Below, in pieces: positions 9,994 to 18,484 of a DNA stretch of 64,000 nucleotides (position 1 is its first letter; every line of letters starts with the position of its first letter). Below the pieces are notes generated by a model. That model saw nothing but the letters and a program-made list of their open reading frames with translations, searched no databases and had not been told where the DNA came from. Made by a program: the position numbers and the translations under genes. The stretch is taken from NCBI GenBank assembly GCA_964583755.1, contig CAZOVZ010000004.1:4179-68178 (forward strand), in the 5' to 3' direction. The DNA is from an uncultured Candidatus Cloacimonadota bacterium. GTDB lineage: Bacteria; Cloacimonadota; Cloacimonadia; Cloacimonadales; Cloacimonadaceae.

Positions 9994-11235
9994 TTAGTGC
10001 GGGCGTTTTCGCAGGAAGAGCTGGATCGCTATCAGCAGCAAAGTGCCGAGCGAGGAGAGGGTTCCCGCCAGGAGCAGCGCGGGCGTGTAGCTGCCGGTGA
10101 GGTCGTGCAGGCGGGCTCCCATCACCATCGCCAGGGCGCTGAAACCGTAGGCGGAAAAGAGGATGCCAAAGTTCTGGCCGAGGTGGCGGACTCCCCAAAA
10201 CTCGGAACTGAGCACCGGATATAGAGCCAGGGTCACGCCGATGCCGATCCCCAGAAACACCGCTGTCAGGTTCAAATGGGCCAGCAGGCTGACGTGGAAG
10301 GGCAGGATGAAAAACAAAGCTGTCTGGACCAGATAGACGCTGATCATCAGTTTGAGCGAGCCGACGCGGTCGCTGATCCAGCCCGCCAGAGGCCGGCTGA
10401 GCCCGTTGGAGAGGGCAAACAGGGAAACCGGTATCGCGGCCTGGGCGGGATTCAGTTTCAGCACTGCGACGCCGAAGGAAGGCAGGATCCCGATGATCAA
10501 CAGCGAGCCGTAGACCACGCAGAGAAAGGACAGCCAGGTGAGCCAGAACAGCCCCTCGCGCAGCATCCGGCGGGGCTCGACGTCCTCCAACACGCTGCTG
10601 GTGTGGCCGGAAAGGTGCATCGCGCCAAAGAGGTGGATATACCATTCGTCGTCGGGGGATTTCACCAGATAGGAGGCCAGCCAGGTCACGCCGCCGGTGA
10701 TCAGGCCGATCAGGATGAAGGTGCCGTGGATGTCTGCATGGGGCAGCAGGATCCGCGCCTTGAGCGGCGCGAAAAAGAACGAAGCCAGGCCAAAGCCCAT
10801 CACACCCAACGAAACGGCCAGGCCGGGATGATCCGGAAACCAGCGGCGGATGGGAGGCGCGATGCAGGCATAGGATATCCCGCAGGCCGTGCCGCCGATC
10901 ACCCCATAGCTGAAGACCAACCACCACTTGTTCGGCAGCAGGACCACCAGCGAGCTGAGCAGCCCGGCCAGCAGAAACAGCACCGCGCCAAGCCTGATCT
11001 GGCGCTTGAAGCCAAGGGATTCCTGCAGCCTGCCCCCGGGGATCATCATGAGGGCAAACACCGCCATGAACACGGACAGGGGGAGGGTCGCGTCGCTCTT
11101 GCTCCAATCGAAGCTGCGCTGCATCGGTTCCACAAACACGCCCCAGGAATAGGACAGCCCACCCATCAAGGCGATCAAAAAACCGCCGAATACCACTGCC
11201 CAACGGGACTTCAACCACGTTCTGGCGCTTATCAT
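9994..11235 (-). CDS. MFS transporter, oxalate/formate antiporter (OFA)-like
   Basis: 413-aa ORF with about 12 TM segments. The N-terminus WAVVFGGFLIALMGGLSYSWGVF...W is typical of OFA-type MFS proteins. GGGAGGA RBS. Confidence 0.75.
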   Translation of the reverse strand: MISARTWLKSRWAVVFGGFLIALMGGLSYSWGVFVEPMQRSFDWSKSDATLPLSVFMAVFALMMIPGGRLQESLGFKRQIRLGAVLFLLAGLLSSLVVLLPNKWWLVFSYGVIGGTACGISYACIAPPIRRWFPDHPGLAVSLGVMGFGLASFFFAPLKARILLPHADIHGTFILIGLITGGVTWLASYLVKSPDDEWYIHLFGAMHLSGHTSSVLEDVEPRRMLREGLFWLTWLSFLCVVYGSLLIIGILPSFGVAVLKLNPAQAAIPVSLFALSNGLSRPLAGWISDRVGSLKLMISVYLVQTALFFILPFHVSLLAHLNLTAVFLGIGIGVTLALYPVLSSEFWGVRHLGQNFGILFSAYGFSALAMVMGARLHDLTGSYTPALLLAGTLSSLGTLLLIAIQLFLRKRPH

Positions 11236-11440
11236 ATTCCTCCCTGCTCGTTAATGGACTGATGTCGTCACAGTTTTGGGGTCCGGCACGAATTTCTTAA
11301 GCGTCTGAAATCCGGCGATCCTGTCAAGCTTTTATCTGGCCCAGCCAGCTCCAAGGCTGGCTCCGCCTGGCCTGGATGCTCCAATTCAACTCTTGGCCCA
11401 GTCCCGACTCCCGCAACGGTTTTGCCTCCCAGCGCGGAAA

Positions 11441-12922
11441 TTACTGTTCCGGATGGGTGATCACGACCCGCCAATCCCTGCCCTGAAGCTGGACGGTGTC
11501 CCAGGCGGCGGTTTTGACCCCCTTTTGCCTGTGCCCGGCCAGCAAGTAGACGTACTGGCCCTGGCCGCGCCTGTCCCGGCTGATCTTTTGGGCCAGTTCC
11601 AGCAAGGTCCCGTATTCCCTGTAGATGGGGTCGGTCAGGACGTTTTTGCCCAGTTCCTGCGCATCCTGGTCATAGACCACGTAGCCGTCGGCCTGCATGA
11701 TCCAGAGCTCGTAGTTTTCCAGCACGCGGATGTCCTTGATCAGGCTGGCCACCAACAGCTCCGGACGCACCAGCAAGTTCACCGAGCCCATGAACCCGCC
11801 ATACTGGCTGAAGACAGGATGGCTGAGGTTCACCGCCAGATAGCCTTCCACGGTCAGGAATCCCCCGCTGAACACCGGCGCCCGCCGTTCCAGCATCTCG
11901 CGCACGTGGCTCTGTCCGCTGATGTCCGTTCCCTCGAAGTTTTTGTAATCCGGCGGTTCAACAAACCGCAGGATGCCGCGCGAATCCACAAAAGCCGACT
12001 CGAAGACAAGCGGCTGGTCCGCCAGATACCGTTTCAGCTCCGCCCGAATCTCGGATTCAAGGTTCCAATCGATCCGCCAGAGTTTGAGGTTGGAGGCCAC
12101 GTAACCGTCGATGCCCTCAAGGGCCTTTTGCAAGCGGGGAACGAAGTGGTTGAGGGACAGGTCCATTTTGTCCGGCACCCTCAGCTCCGGGATGTTCCTT
12201 TGCGCCGCGACCATCCACCAATCAAGGTTGGCGAGCTTTTGGAACCCTGCTTTCCGGCTAATGCCCCCGATCTCGTAACTGACCTCGCCCCGCTGGCCAG
12301 CAACGACTTTCCGGATAGCCGCGGCGAGGGATTCCCCTCCTTCGGCCAACGCGTTCATGAAGATGTATTCCGGCTCGCGGTCCAGGATCGTTTTGCCTTC
12401 GCGGTCCACCACAAACCAGGTGAAATCTTCCGGTATCCCCGGCAAACGGGTCAGGCTGGCGCTCAGATCGTCCAGAAACACCGATGCGCCGAGGGCTCCG
12501 GTCGTTTTGGCGCCGTCGGTGACCGGAACCGCGAAGAGGGCGGATTTTTTGCCGGAAGAGCGACTGTGGAGCGGCCAGCCGTGGACTTCCTGCCCCGCGA
12601 TCAGGCCTGGGAAGTAATCCCTGTCGCCGATATTCAGGTTGGTGTAGTCCAGGGCGATGCTGTAATAGTTGCCGTCCGGCAGCGCGTAGAAGTAGGCTCC
12701 GGGCAGTTTGGCGTTCAACTCCATCAACTGAGGCTTGAGCTTTTCCCAGTCGCCTCTCTGCGCCTCGTTCTCAGCCGCGATCGCCCGCAATCCGACCAGG
12801 GCCTCCCCGCATCGCCTTTCCAACTCCGCGCAGGCCGTATCCAGCCAGGCCGATGCCTCCGCAGTGCCCCAAATCGCCCCTGCCACACCAAGCGACAAGA
12901 TAAGCATGATCAGCTTTTTCAT
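11441..12922 (-). CDS. secreted double Cache-like ligand-binding protein (no transmembrane or output domain)
   Basis: ATG at 12922 with RBS GGAGGA; the ORF-track GTG start is 12 nt upstream. Signal peptide is MKKLIMLILSLGVAGAIWGTAEA. Two Cache-like modules: ...DRDYFPGLIAGQEVHGWPLHSRSSGKKSALFAVPV... and ...GTDISGQSHVREMLERRAPVFSGGFLTVEGYLAVNLSHPV... Confidence 0.65.
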   Translation of the reverse strand: MKKLIMLILSLGVAGAIWGTAEASAWLDTACAELERRCGEALVGLRAIAAENEAQRGDWEKLKPQLMELNAKLPGAYFYALPDGNYYSIALDYTNLNIGDRDYFPGLIAGQEVHGWPLHSRSSGKKSALFAVPVTDGAKTTGALGASVFLDDLSASLTRLPGIPEDFTWFVVDREGKTILDREPEYIFMNALAEGGESLAAAIRKVVAGQRGEVSYEIGGISRKAGFQKLANLDWWMVAAQRNIPELRVPDKMDLSLNHFVPRLQKALEGIDGYVASNLKLWRIDWNLESEIRAELKRYLADQPLVFESAFVDSRGILRFVEPPDYKNFEGTDISGQSHVREMLERRAPVFSGGFLTVEGYLAVNLSHPVFSQYGGFMGSVNLLVRPELLVASLIKDIRVLENYELWIMQADGYVVYDQDAQELGKNVLTDPIYREYGTLLELAQKISRDRRGQGQYVYLLAGHRQKGVKTAAWDTVQLQGRDWRVVITHPEQ

Positions 12923-13060
12923 GGCTTCCTCCACCGCGGCGAGCTTTTTCTATAGGATCACCACGATGGGACGATTTGGCACTAATCACTCCGAGCTGTC
13001 AAGCAAAATTATTCCCGCTCTGCCGCCGGGAAGTCAAAACCGACCTGGCCGCAGCTCCAG

Positions 13061-13714
13061 TTACTTTTGCAGGATCAGTTTGACGTCGGGTGCGGTGCTG
13101 TCTTCAGTGCCGGTTTTGTAGGGCACCACGGTGGTCTTGTTGGTCATCGAGCCCAGGCCAAATTTCGGCAGTTCCGGATCGTACCAGGCGGCGAATCTGG
13201 AATCTTTGAGCAGGCTGGAGATGTCGCAACTCATGGTCAGCAGATGGTTGGTTTTATCGATCCGGTAGCTGATGTCGCCGATGCGGACGAGGTCGCTGGC
13301 CTTGCGTCCTGTCACGCGGTAGAGCCCGGGCTTGAACCTGGCCAGGGGGACGTCGATATAGATCATCGCCCAGACACTGCTGTTATCCGCCGGATTGGCG
13401 ATCACGGACATGTAGGAATACCAGTTGTTGCCCATCTTTCCAGAGGCGGGAAAGCCGCCGTCGCGGGTCTGGATGGCGGCGTAGAATTTGGTGTCCGACC
13501 AGCAAAAATAATCCGCCACGATGTCCAGATGCCCGGCGCTCTGGTCCCGGGCGGGGTCGGAAGAGACTTTGGTCATCTGACCAAGGCTGGGCAGGCCTTT
13601 GCCGCCATAATGGGCGGGATGCACCGTCCGGAACTGGCCGGCGGCGGACAAACCGCCCAGCAAAAACGCGGCGCCTGCCAACAGGAGTAGATGTTTCATC
13701 AAGGTTCTATGCAT
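13061..13714 (-). CDS. secreted hypothetical protein
   Basis: 217-aa ORF with an AAGGGTG RBS before the ATG at 13714. Signal peptide is ...MKHLLLLAGAAFLLGGLSAAGQ. No family recognised. Confidence 0.6.
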   Translation of the reverse strand: MHRTLMKHLLLLAGAAFLLGGLSAAGQFRTVHPAHYGGKGLPSLGQMTKVSSDPARDQSAGHLDIVADYFCWSDTKFYAAIQTRDGGFPASGKMGNNWYSYMSVIANPADNSSVWAMIYIDVPLARFKPGLYRVTGRKASDLVRIGDISYRIDKTNHLLTMSCDISSLLKDSRFAAWYDPELPKFGLGSMTNKTTVVPYKTGTEDSTAPDVKLILQK

Positions 13715-13890
13715 TCAGGGTCACCCTTTGATCCAGATTTATGATTTTCACGGGTAGCGGAGCCTCCTCCGGCTGTCAAGGCAAAAATTCCCGCCTGCCA
13801 GAAAGTTTCCCGGGGGCAGCGAACGATCCCGCTCCCCTCGGCTGGTCAAGGCTTGCGGCTAAGCGCCAGATCTCCGCTGAAGATGACCGC

Positions 13891-13919
13891 TTGCCTGCCG
13901 CACCTAAAAGCAGTATACT
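13891..13919 (+). promoter_or_regulatory. sigma70-like promoter for the GNAT / radical-SAM genes
   Basis: TTGCCT (13891-13896), 17-nt spacer, TATACT (13914-13919), 36 nt upstream of the ATG at 13955. Confidence 0.5.
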
Positions 13920-13954
13920 GTCTACAAGACAAGAAAATTGCCCCGGGAGGAAAT

Positions 13955-14713
13955 ATGCCCCTGCCCTTTAACGTGAACCGTATGCTGGATACGGAGCTGC
14001 ACTTTCCCCAACGTTTTACCCAAATGACGCCGAAAAACTACGGACTTCTCTTTTGGAACGAAGGAAACAAAAACTCCCACGACTCCAACCACGCGGTCAT
14101 CACGGACCATCTGGGGCCCGAGGCGTCGGTGCGGGACATCGAGTTTTTTTACAAAACCAAGGGGATCACTCCCCGCATCTATCAATCCTACAAAGCCAAC
14201 GAGCTGGAAAAGCTGACCCCCGCCCTGGAAAACCACGGCTTCAAGATCCAGGTCCACGAAGACCGGTTTTATTTGCTGGACCACGCAGGCAGCCTCAGCC
14301 CGGTGCCGGAGCTGCGCATAGAACGGATCCGCAGCCTGAGCGTGGACATCATGGAGATGATCGCTCTGGAGTTTGGCGGAGATTGGACGATCAAGGTGGT
14401 GGAGCGCCACCTGCTGCATCCTTCCTTTCATCTGTTGGGCGGCTTTGTCGGCGACGAGATCGCCTCTTTTGCCTCAGTGAGCGTCTTTGCCGGCTACAGC
14501 AGGGTGGACGATGTCTTCACCCGCGACAAGTTTCGCGGACGCGGCTTCGCGGGAGCCATGATCGATTACCTGATCAAATACCACAAAGCCCAGAGCGAAA
14601 ACCACCTCTACCTCTACAGCGAAAACCCTTCCGCCAACCGCATCTATGAAAAGGCCGGATTCACCCCCCTGGACCAGAATTTCCAGTGCTGGACGGCCTT
14701 CAAGGAAGTCTGA
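13955..14713 (+). CDS. GNAT family N-acetyltransferase
   Basis: ORF 13853..14713 trimmed to the ATG at 13955, which has a GGGAGG RBS. The C-terminal acetyl-CoA motif is DKFRGRGFAGAMIDYL...NPSANRIYEKAGF. Confidence 0.8.
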   Translation: MPLPFNVNRMLDTELHFPQRFTQMTPKNYGLLFWNEGNKNSHDSNHAVITDHLGPEASVRDIEFFYKTKGITPRIYQSYKANELEKLTPALENHGFKIQVHEDRFYLLDHAGSLSPVPELRIERIRSLSVDIMEMIALEFGGDWTIKVVERHLLHPSFHLLGGFVGDEIASFASVSVFAGYSRVDDVFTRDKFRGRGFAGAMIDYLIKYHKAQSENHLYLYSENPSANRIYEKAGFTPLDQNFQCWTAFKEV

Positions 14714-16128
14714 CAGAGCGGTCCCCCGCGGCAGTGAAAGCAGCAACAACGACGGACCAACGCCCCAGGGTCTGCCTGGCCGCCCTCAACAGCGCCTGGT
14801 ATCAATCCAATCCAGCCCTCTACCATCTGCGCGAAACTCTGAGAGGCATTCCCTGCCGGGTTTTCCTGCGGGAATTCACCACCGCGGAGCCGTTGGGCGA
14901 CGTGTTGAAGGGGATCTGCCAGACCGCGCCAAGCCTCGTCTGCCTCTCCGCCTACATCTGGAACCGGAGCTATCTGGAAACATTGATCCCGGAGCTGAAA
15001 AAGCTGTTGCCCCAGGCCCGGATCGCCATCGGCGGTCCGGAAGCCGCTACTGGCGGCTATGGCCTGGAGGAAAGTGACCTGGTGTTTGCGGGCCCCGGGG
15101 AAGGCGCCTTCCGCCGCCTGGCGGAAAGAGGATTTTCCCTCGGGGGCGGGATTCACAGCAGCCCCGCTCCCCCGCTGCGCGAACTTCCCTTCCCCTACCA
15201 CGCCTCCGACCGTCCCAACCTGCAAGGCAAACTGGTCTACTACGAAAGCTACCGCGGCTGCCCCTACCGCTGCGTTTATTGCCTTTCAGCCACGGATTCC
15301 CGCCGGGAACCCCGCTTCGACGTCTCCAATCCCAAAGACCGTCGCCGCCTGCGTTCCGAGCTCGACCGCCTGATCGCGCTGAAGCCCCGCACGGTCAAAT
15401 TCATCGACCGCAGTTTCAACTCCGACCCCGCCCTGGCACGCCAGATCTGGAGGGAAGTGATCAAGCGCCCCGCTGCCTGCGAGTTTCACTTTGAAATCTA
15501 CCCCGACCTGTTGGGTGAAGAGGATTTCCGCTTGCTGGAAACCGCCCCGCCTGGCCGCATCCGTTTCGAGCTGGGGATCCAGACCGTGAACGAAACCATC
15601 TCCCGCAACTGCCGCCGCGCCTCGAGCTGGCAGCGTTCCCGGGCAGCGCTGATCGCCCTCCGCCAACGCACCCCGATCTGCCTCCATGCCGACTTGCTGG
15701 CAGGCCTGCCGGGGGAAGGCCGCGCTTCCATCCTGCGTTCGCTGGATGAGCTGGCCCGTTGCTTTCCCCACGAGATTCAGCTCGGCCTGCTGAAAATACT
15801 GCCCGGGACCCCGATGCTGGATATCGCCCGGGAACGCGGCTACGCCTGGATGGATGGCCCTCCCTACCAGATCCTCAGCACGGACAAACTCACCTTCGCG
15901 CAGGTGGCGGAGTTTCAGGATCTCGCCCGCGCTGTCAACCTATACTGGAACAAGCAGGAATTCAGCCCCCAGTGGGAGCGGATCATCGCCGCCGGCATCC
16001 GCCCCTCCGCCTTTTTCCAAAGCCTGCAAAGAGCCCACCGGCGGCGCTCCCAGCCCCTGCACAGCGTATCCCGCCAGGACCGGGCGGCGATCTTCCAGAC
16101 CTGTCTGGAACGCCATTTCCCCAACTGA
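14686..16128 (+). CDS. B12-binding-domain radical SAM protein (DUF4080-type)
   Basis: CxxxCxxC cluster motif YRGCPYRCVYCLS. The N-terminal RVCLAALNSAWYQSNPALYHL segment is typical of the B12-binding/rSAM class. The start is uncertain: GTG at 14686 overlaps the GNAT gene, and an in-frame GTG at 14734 is the alternative. Confidence 0.75.
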   Translation: MLDGLQGSLTERSPAAVKAATTTDQRPRVCLAALNSAWYQSNPALYHLRETLRGIPCRVFLREFTTAEPLGDVLKGICQTAPSLVCLSAYIWNRSYLETLIPELKKLLPQARIAIGGPEAATGGYGLEESDLVFAGPGEGAFRRLAERGFSLGGGIHSSPAPPLRELPFPYHASDRPNLQGKLVYYESYRGCPYRCVYCLSATDSRREPRFDVSNPKDRRRLRSELDRLIALKPRTVKFIDRSFNSDPALARQIWREVIKRPAACEFHFEIYPDLLGEEDFRLLETAPPGRIRFELGIQTVNETISRNCRRASSWQRSRAALIALRQRTPICLHADLLAGLPGEGRASILRSLDELARCFPHEIQLGLLKILPGTPMLDIARERGYAWMDGPPYQILSTDKLTFAQVAEFQDLARAVNLYWNKQEFSPQWERIIAAGIRPSAFFQSLQRAHRRRSQPLHSVSRQDRAAIFQTCLERHFPN

Positions 16129-16191
16129 ACCTGATTCAATCAAAACTGCTATCAAGTTTGGTCATAAGCACCTGGGCATGAGAAATAATTC

Positions 16192-16219
16192 TTGACATCT
16201 GAGGTGAAGTAAATATAAT
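16192..16219 (+). promoter_or_regulatory. consensus sigma70 promoter
   Basis: TTGACA (16192-16197), 16-nt spacer, TATAAT (16214-16219). Both hexamers are perfect consensus. It lies about 120 nt upstream of the small ORF and about 300 nt upstream of the TerD-OmpA gene. Confidence 0.75.
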
Positions 16220-16338
16220 GTATTTATCTCTTGGCATGCAAGTTTCTCTGCCGCGGCCAGCAATGTTTGTAGCGCCCCAACCCCGGCGAACGGCTTGCCT
16301 GTCAGGCAGTGCCAGGCAAACCTGGCAAGGAGTCGCCC

Positions 16339-16524
16339 ATGAAGGATTACAGCCGCGCGTTTTGCGTAATCCTGTTTTGTGACCTCAAACGGGTGTGTTC
16401 CTGCGGACACGCCACCAGCTATTTTCCATCCGGCCTGCCCCACCCCTCGAGAAACTGCCAGGCCGCCCTGAACCCGCTCCCCCCCGCGGGGAACGCGCAT
16501 TCGCAAGCGATACCAAGGAGGTAA
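16339..16524 (+). CDS. small Cys-rich upstream ORF (61 aa), hypothetical
   Basis: AAGGAG RBS 6 nt before the ATG at 16339. The product is MKDYSRAFCVILFCDLKRVCSCGHATSYFPSGLPHPSRNCQAALNPLPPAGNAHSQAIPRR. Third codon positions are mostly G/C, like the host genes. Its stop (16522-16524) lies inside the RBS region, 2 nt before the next ATG. Confidence 0.4.
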   Translation: MKDYSRAFCVILFCDLKRVCSCGHATSYFPSGLPHPSRNCQAALNPLPPAGNAHSQAIPRR

Positions 16525-16526
16525 CC

Positions 16527-17789
16527 ATGTCGCTCAGTGTTATCAAAGGACAGAAAGTTTCCAACGACACCCTTAAACAGGAAAACGACAACAAGATCCT
16601 CGGCAAGGTCAGCCTTGTCCTGGAATGGATGATGAAAACCGGCCTGGGAGGCGACGTCGACCTCTCCGCCCCGATGTTGGGGCTGGATGGCATGATGTGG
16701 GCCAAAGACGCCATTGTCTACTACAGCCGACTCGTCTCCGAGGACGGCGCCCTGAAGCATCAAGGCGATGTTTCGAACGGGGTTACCGGCGAGCAGATCC
16801 AGATCTCACTGCCGGATGTCGACCCCAAAACCAAGACGATCATCGCCGCCATCTCCGCCAAGCCCCTGGATCCCGTGGCGACCGGCCCCTTCCACCTGGG
16901 CAGCCTGGCCAGCGCCACGCTCAAACTGTTCGCGCATGACGGAGCCAGGACAAAACTGCTCTGCAGCTACGATCTGAAAGAAGAATTGAACAAAAATTCC
17001 GCCGCCGTGATGGCCCGCCTTTCCCGCGACGGCGACGGCTGGAGCTTTGAACCGGTCGGCCAGCCTTTGGGCGAAGGCAAAAACGCCAACGGCATCGTGG
17101 ACATCCTGCGCAAATACAGCATTTGGTACCGCCGCGGGGACATCTCCGACATCGTGGTGGACAAGGTCAATGAAGCGACGCCGATCATCACCGCGGCCCC
17201 CGCCGCACCCATGGAAACCCCCAAGCCGCAAAAGACCTCTCTGCCCATCCCGCCTCCGCCGCCCCCGCCGGTTACCTCTTACAAGTGGCTGTGGTGGCTG
17301 TTGCTGTTGCCCCTGTTGGGACTGCTCTGGTGGGGCATTTCCGCCAAATCCTGCTCCCGCGCAGAAGTCATCGCCAAACCCGACTCGGTCGAAGTCGTCG
17401 TTGCGGCCGACACCGTGAGGGTCCTCACCCCCGCCGAGCAGGAACTGGACAAGGATCTGATGCTGAACGCCGTGCATTTCACCACCAGCCTGTCCCGCCT
17501 CGCGCCGGAAGAAAAACAGTTTCTGGACCGCGTGGTGGCAGCCCTCAAGGCCAATCCGGACATCAAGCTAATCGTGCAGGGCCACACAGACAATGTGGAC
17601 ACCGACGAGGTGAACATCCCGCTCTCCGCCAGCCGCGCCCAAAAGGTGGCAGATTATCTGATTCAGGCCGGGATCGACACCGCCCGCCTGGAAGCCAAAG
17701 GCTTTGGCTCAACCAAGCCCGTGGCTGGCAACGACACCCCGGAAGGCCGCGCCAAAAACCGCCGCGTGGACTTCGCGATTGTCAGGTAG
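16527..17789 (+). CDS. TerD-domain / transmembrane / OmpA-like peptidoglycan-binding fusion protein
   Basis: ORF 16395..17789 trimmed to the ATG at 16527, which has an AAGGAGG RBS. The N-terminal TerD-like domain reads IKGQKV...GGDVDLSAPMLG...IVYY...HQGDVSNGVTGEQIQISL. It is followed by a PPPPPPP linker and TM segment WLWWLLLLPLLGLLWWGI. The C-terminal OmpA_C domain reads LIVQGHTDNVDTDEVNIPLSASRAQKVADYL...GRAKNRRVDFAIV. Confidence 0.8.
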   Translation: MSLSVIKGQKVSNDTLKQENDNKILGKVSLVLEWMMKTGLGGDVDLSAPMLGLDGMMWAKDAIVYYSRLVSEDGALKHQGDVSNGVTGEQIQISLPDVDPKTKTIIAAISAKPLDPVATGPFHLGSLASATLKLFAHDGARTKLLCSYDLKEELNKNSAAVMARLSRDGDGWSFEPVGQPLGEGKNANGIVDILRKYSIWYRRGDISDIVVDKVNEATPIITAAPAAPMETPKPQKTSLPIPPPPPPPVTSYKWLWWLLLLPLLGLLWWGISAKSCSRAEVIAKPDSVEVVVAADTVRVLTPAEQELDKDLMLNAVHFTTSLSRLAPEEKQFLDRVVAALKANPDIKLIVQGHTDNVDTDEVNIPLSASRAQKVADYLIQAGIDTARLEAKGFGSTKPVAGNDTPEGRAKNRRVDFAIVR

Positions 17790-17812
17790 CCCCAGAAATA
17801 CTGATAAACAAA

Positions 17813-17842
17813 GGGGTCCGGAATACCGGACCCCTGTTTTTT
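17813..17842 (+). terminator. rho-independent terminator after the TerD-OmpA gene
   Basis: GGGGTCCGG aata CCGGACCCC followed by TGTTTTTT. Confidence 0.8.
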
Positions 17843-17951
17843 GGGAGAAATACCATCCACCGACTGCAGCTTGCGGTTACCCGCCCTGTCTCGGTTTTAT
17901 CACTCCGGCTTTAGCCGCCAGGTGGATGACGGAGGCGGAGCGCATCCTGGT

Positions 17952-18365
17952 CTACAATCCTTTGTCAGTCAGTTTTTGCAGCAGTTTCTCGATCAGCGCG
18001 GGGTCGAAATCGAAGGTTCCTTCTTTCTTGACGCCCAGTTGGGTCACGATCACGTGGTTGAATTCCGTGATGCCCTTAGCCTCGAACATCTTTTTCAGGC
18101 AGGCGACCTTGCAGCCGTCGATCAGCAGGTCTTTGACGCCGTCTTCCGTCATCGTGCCTCCGCAGGCGCAATCGCCAGCTCCGATGCAGGTGGAACAGCC
18201 CATTTCGTAGCGATTGGCCAGATGCAGCGCCTGAGTGAGTTCAAAGCTGATCACGCCGACGTTGCTGGCGCCACCGCAGGCATAAACTTTGGTGGGCGCT
18301 GTGTTGCTGACGCAGCCGCTGCTGCAGTCGTCGCCGCAGCTACAGCCGCAGTTTTGTTCTGTCAT
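17952..18365 (-). CDS. DGC-domain (putative zinc-binding) protein
   Basis: 137-aa Cys-rich ORF with an AAGGAG RBS. It has the characteristic ...LLIDGCKVACLKK... DGC motif and an N-terminal CGCSCGDDCSSGC. Confidence 0.7.
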   Translation of the reverse strand: MTEQNCGCSCGDDCSSGCVSNTAPTKVYACGGASNVGVISFELTQALHLANRYEMGCSTCIGAGDCACGGTMTEDGVKDLLIDGCKVACLKKMFEAKGITEFNHVIVTQLGVKKEGTFDFDPALIEKLLQKLTDKGL

Positions 18366-18484
18366 ATCATTCTCCTTTACCTTTTAGCGAGCTGATCTCA
18401 GCAGGAGTCAACACTTTCCGCTGGCGACCCATAAACTTTTTTCGACAGAGCCTGGCGAAGCTGGCTGAAGGCCTGCATCGGTAC

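Noticed and set aside
14686-16524. A RiPP cluster: radical SAM enzyme plus the Cys-rich 61-aa peptide.
   Set aside because: The peptide has its own consensus promoter and is translationally coupled to the TerD-OmpA gene, not to the rSAM gene. There is no RiPP recognition element, protease or exporter nearby. DUF4080-type rSAMs are not known peptide maturases. This is kept only as a remote possibility.
16220-16526. A known riboswitch in the TerD-OmpA leader. GGCAAACC is reminiscent of c-di-GMP-I/GEMM, and yybP-ykoY was considered because of the Ter-gene link.
   Set aside because: Only a short GGCAAACC string matches. The GNRA tetraloop/receptor helices of GEMM-I and the conserved yybP-ykoY core are not present by eye. 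An Infernal/Rfam scan would be needed to say more.
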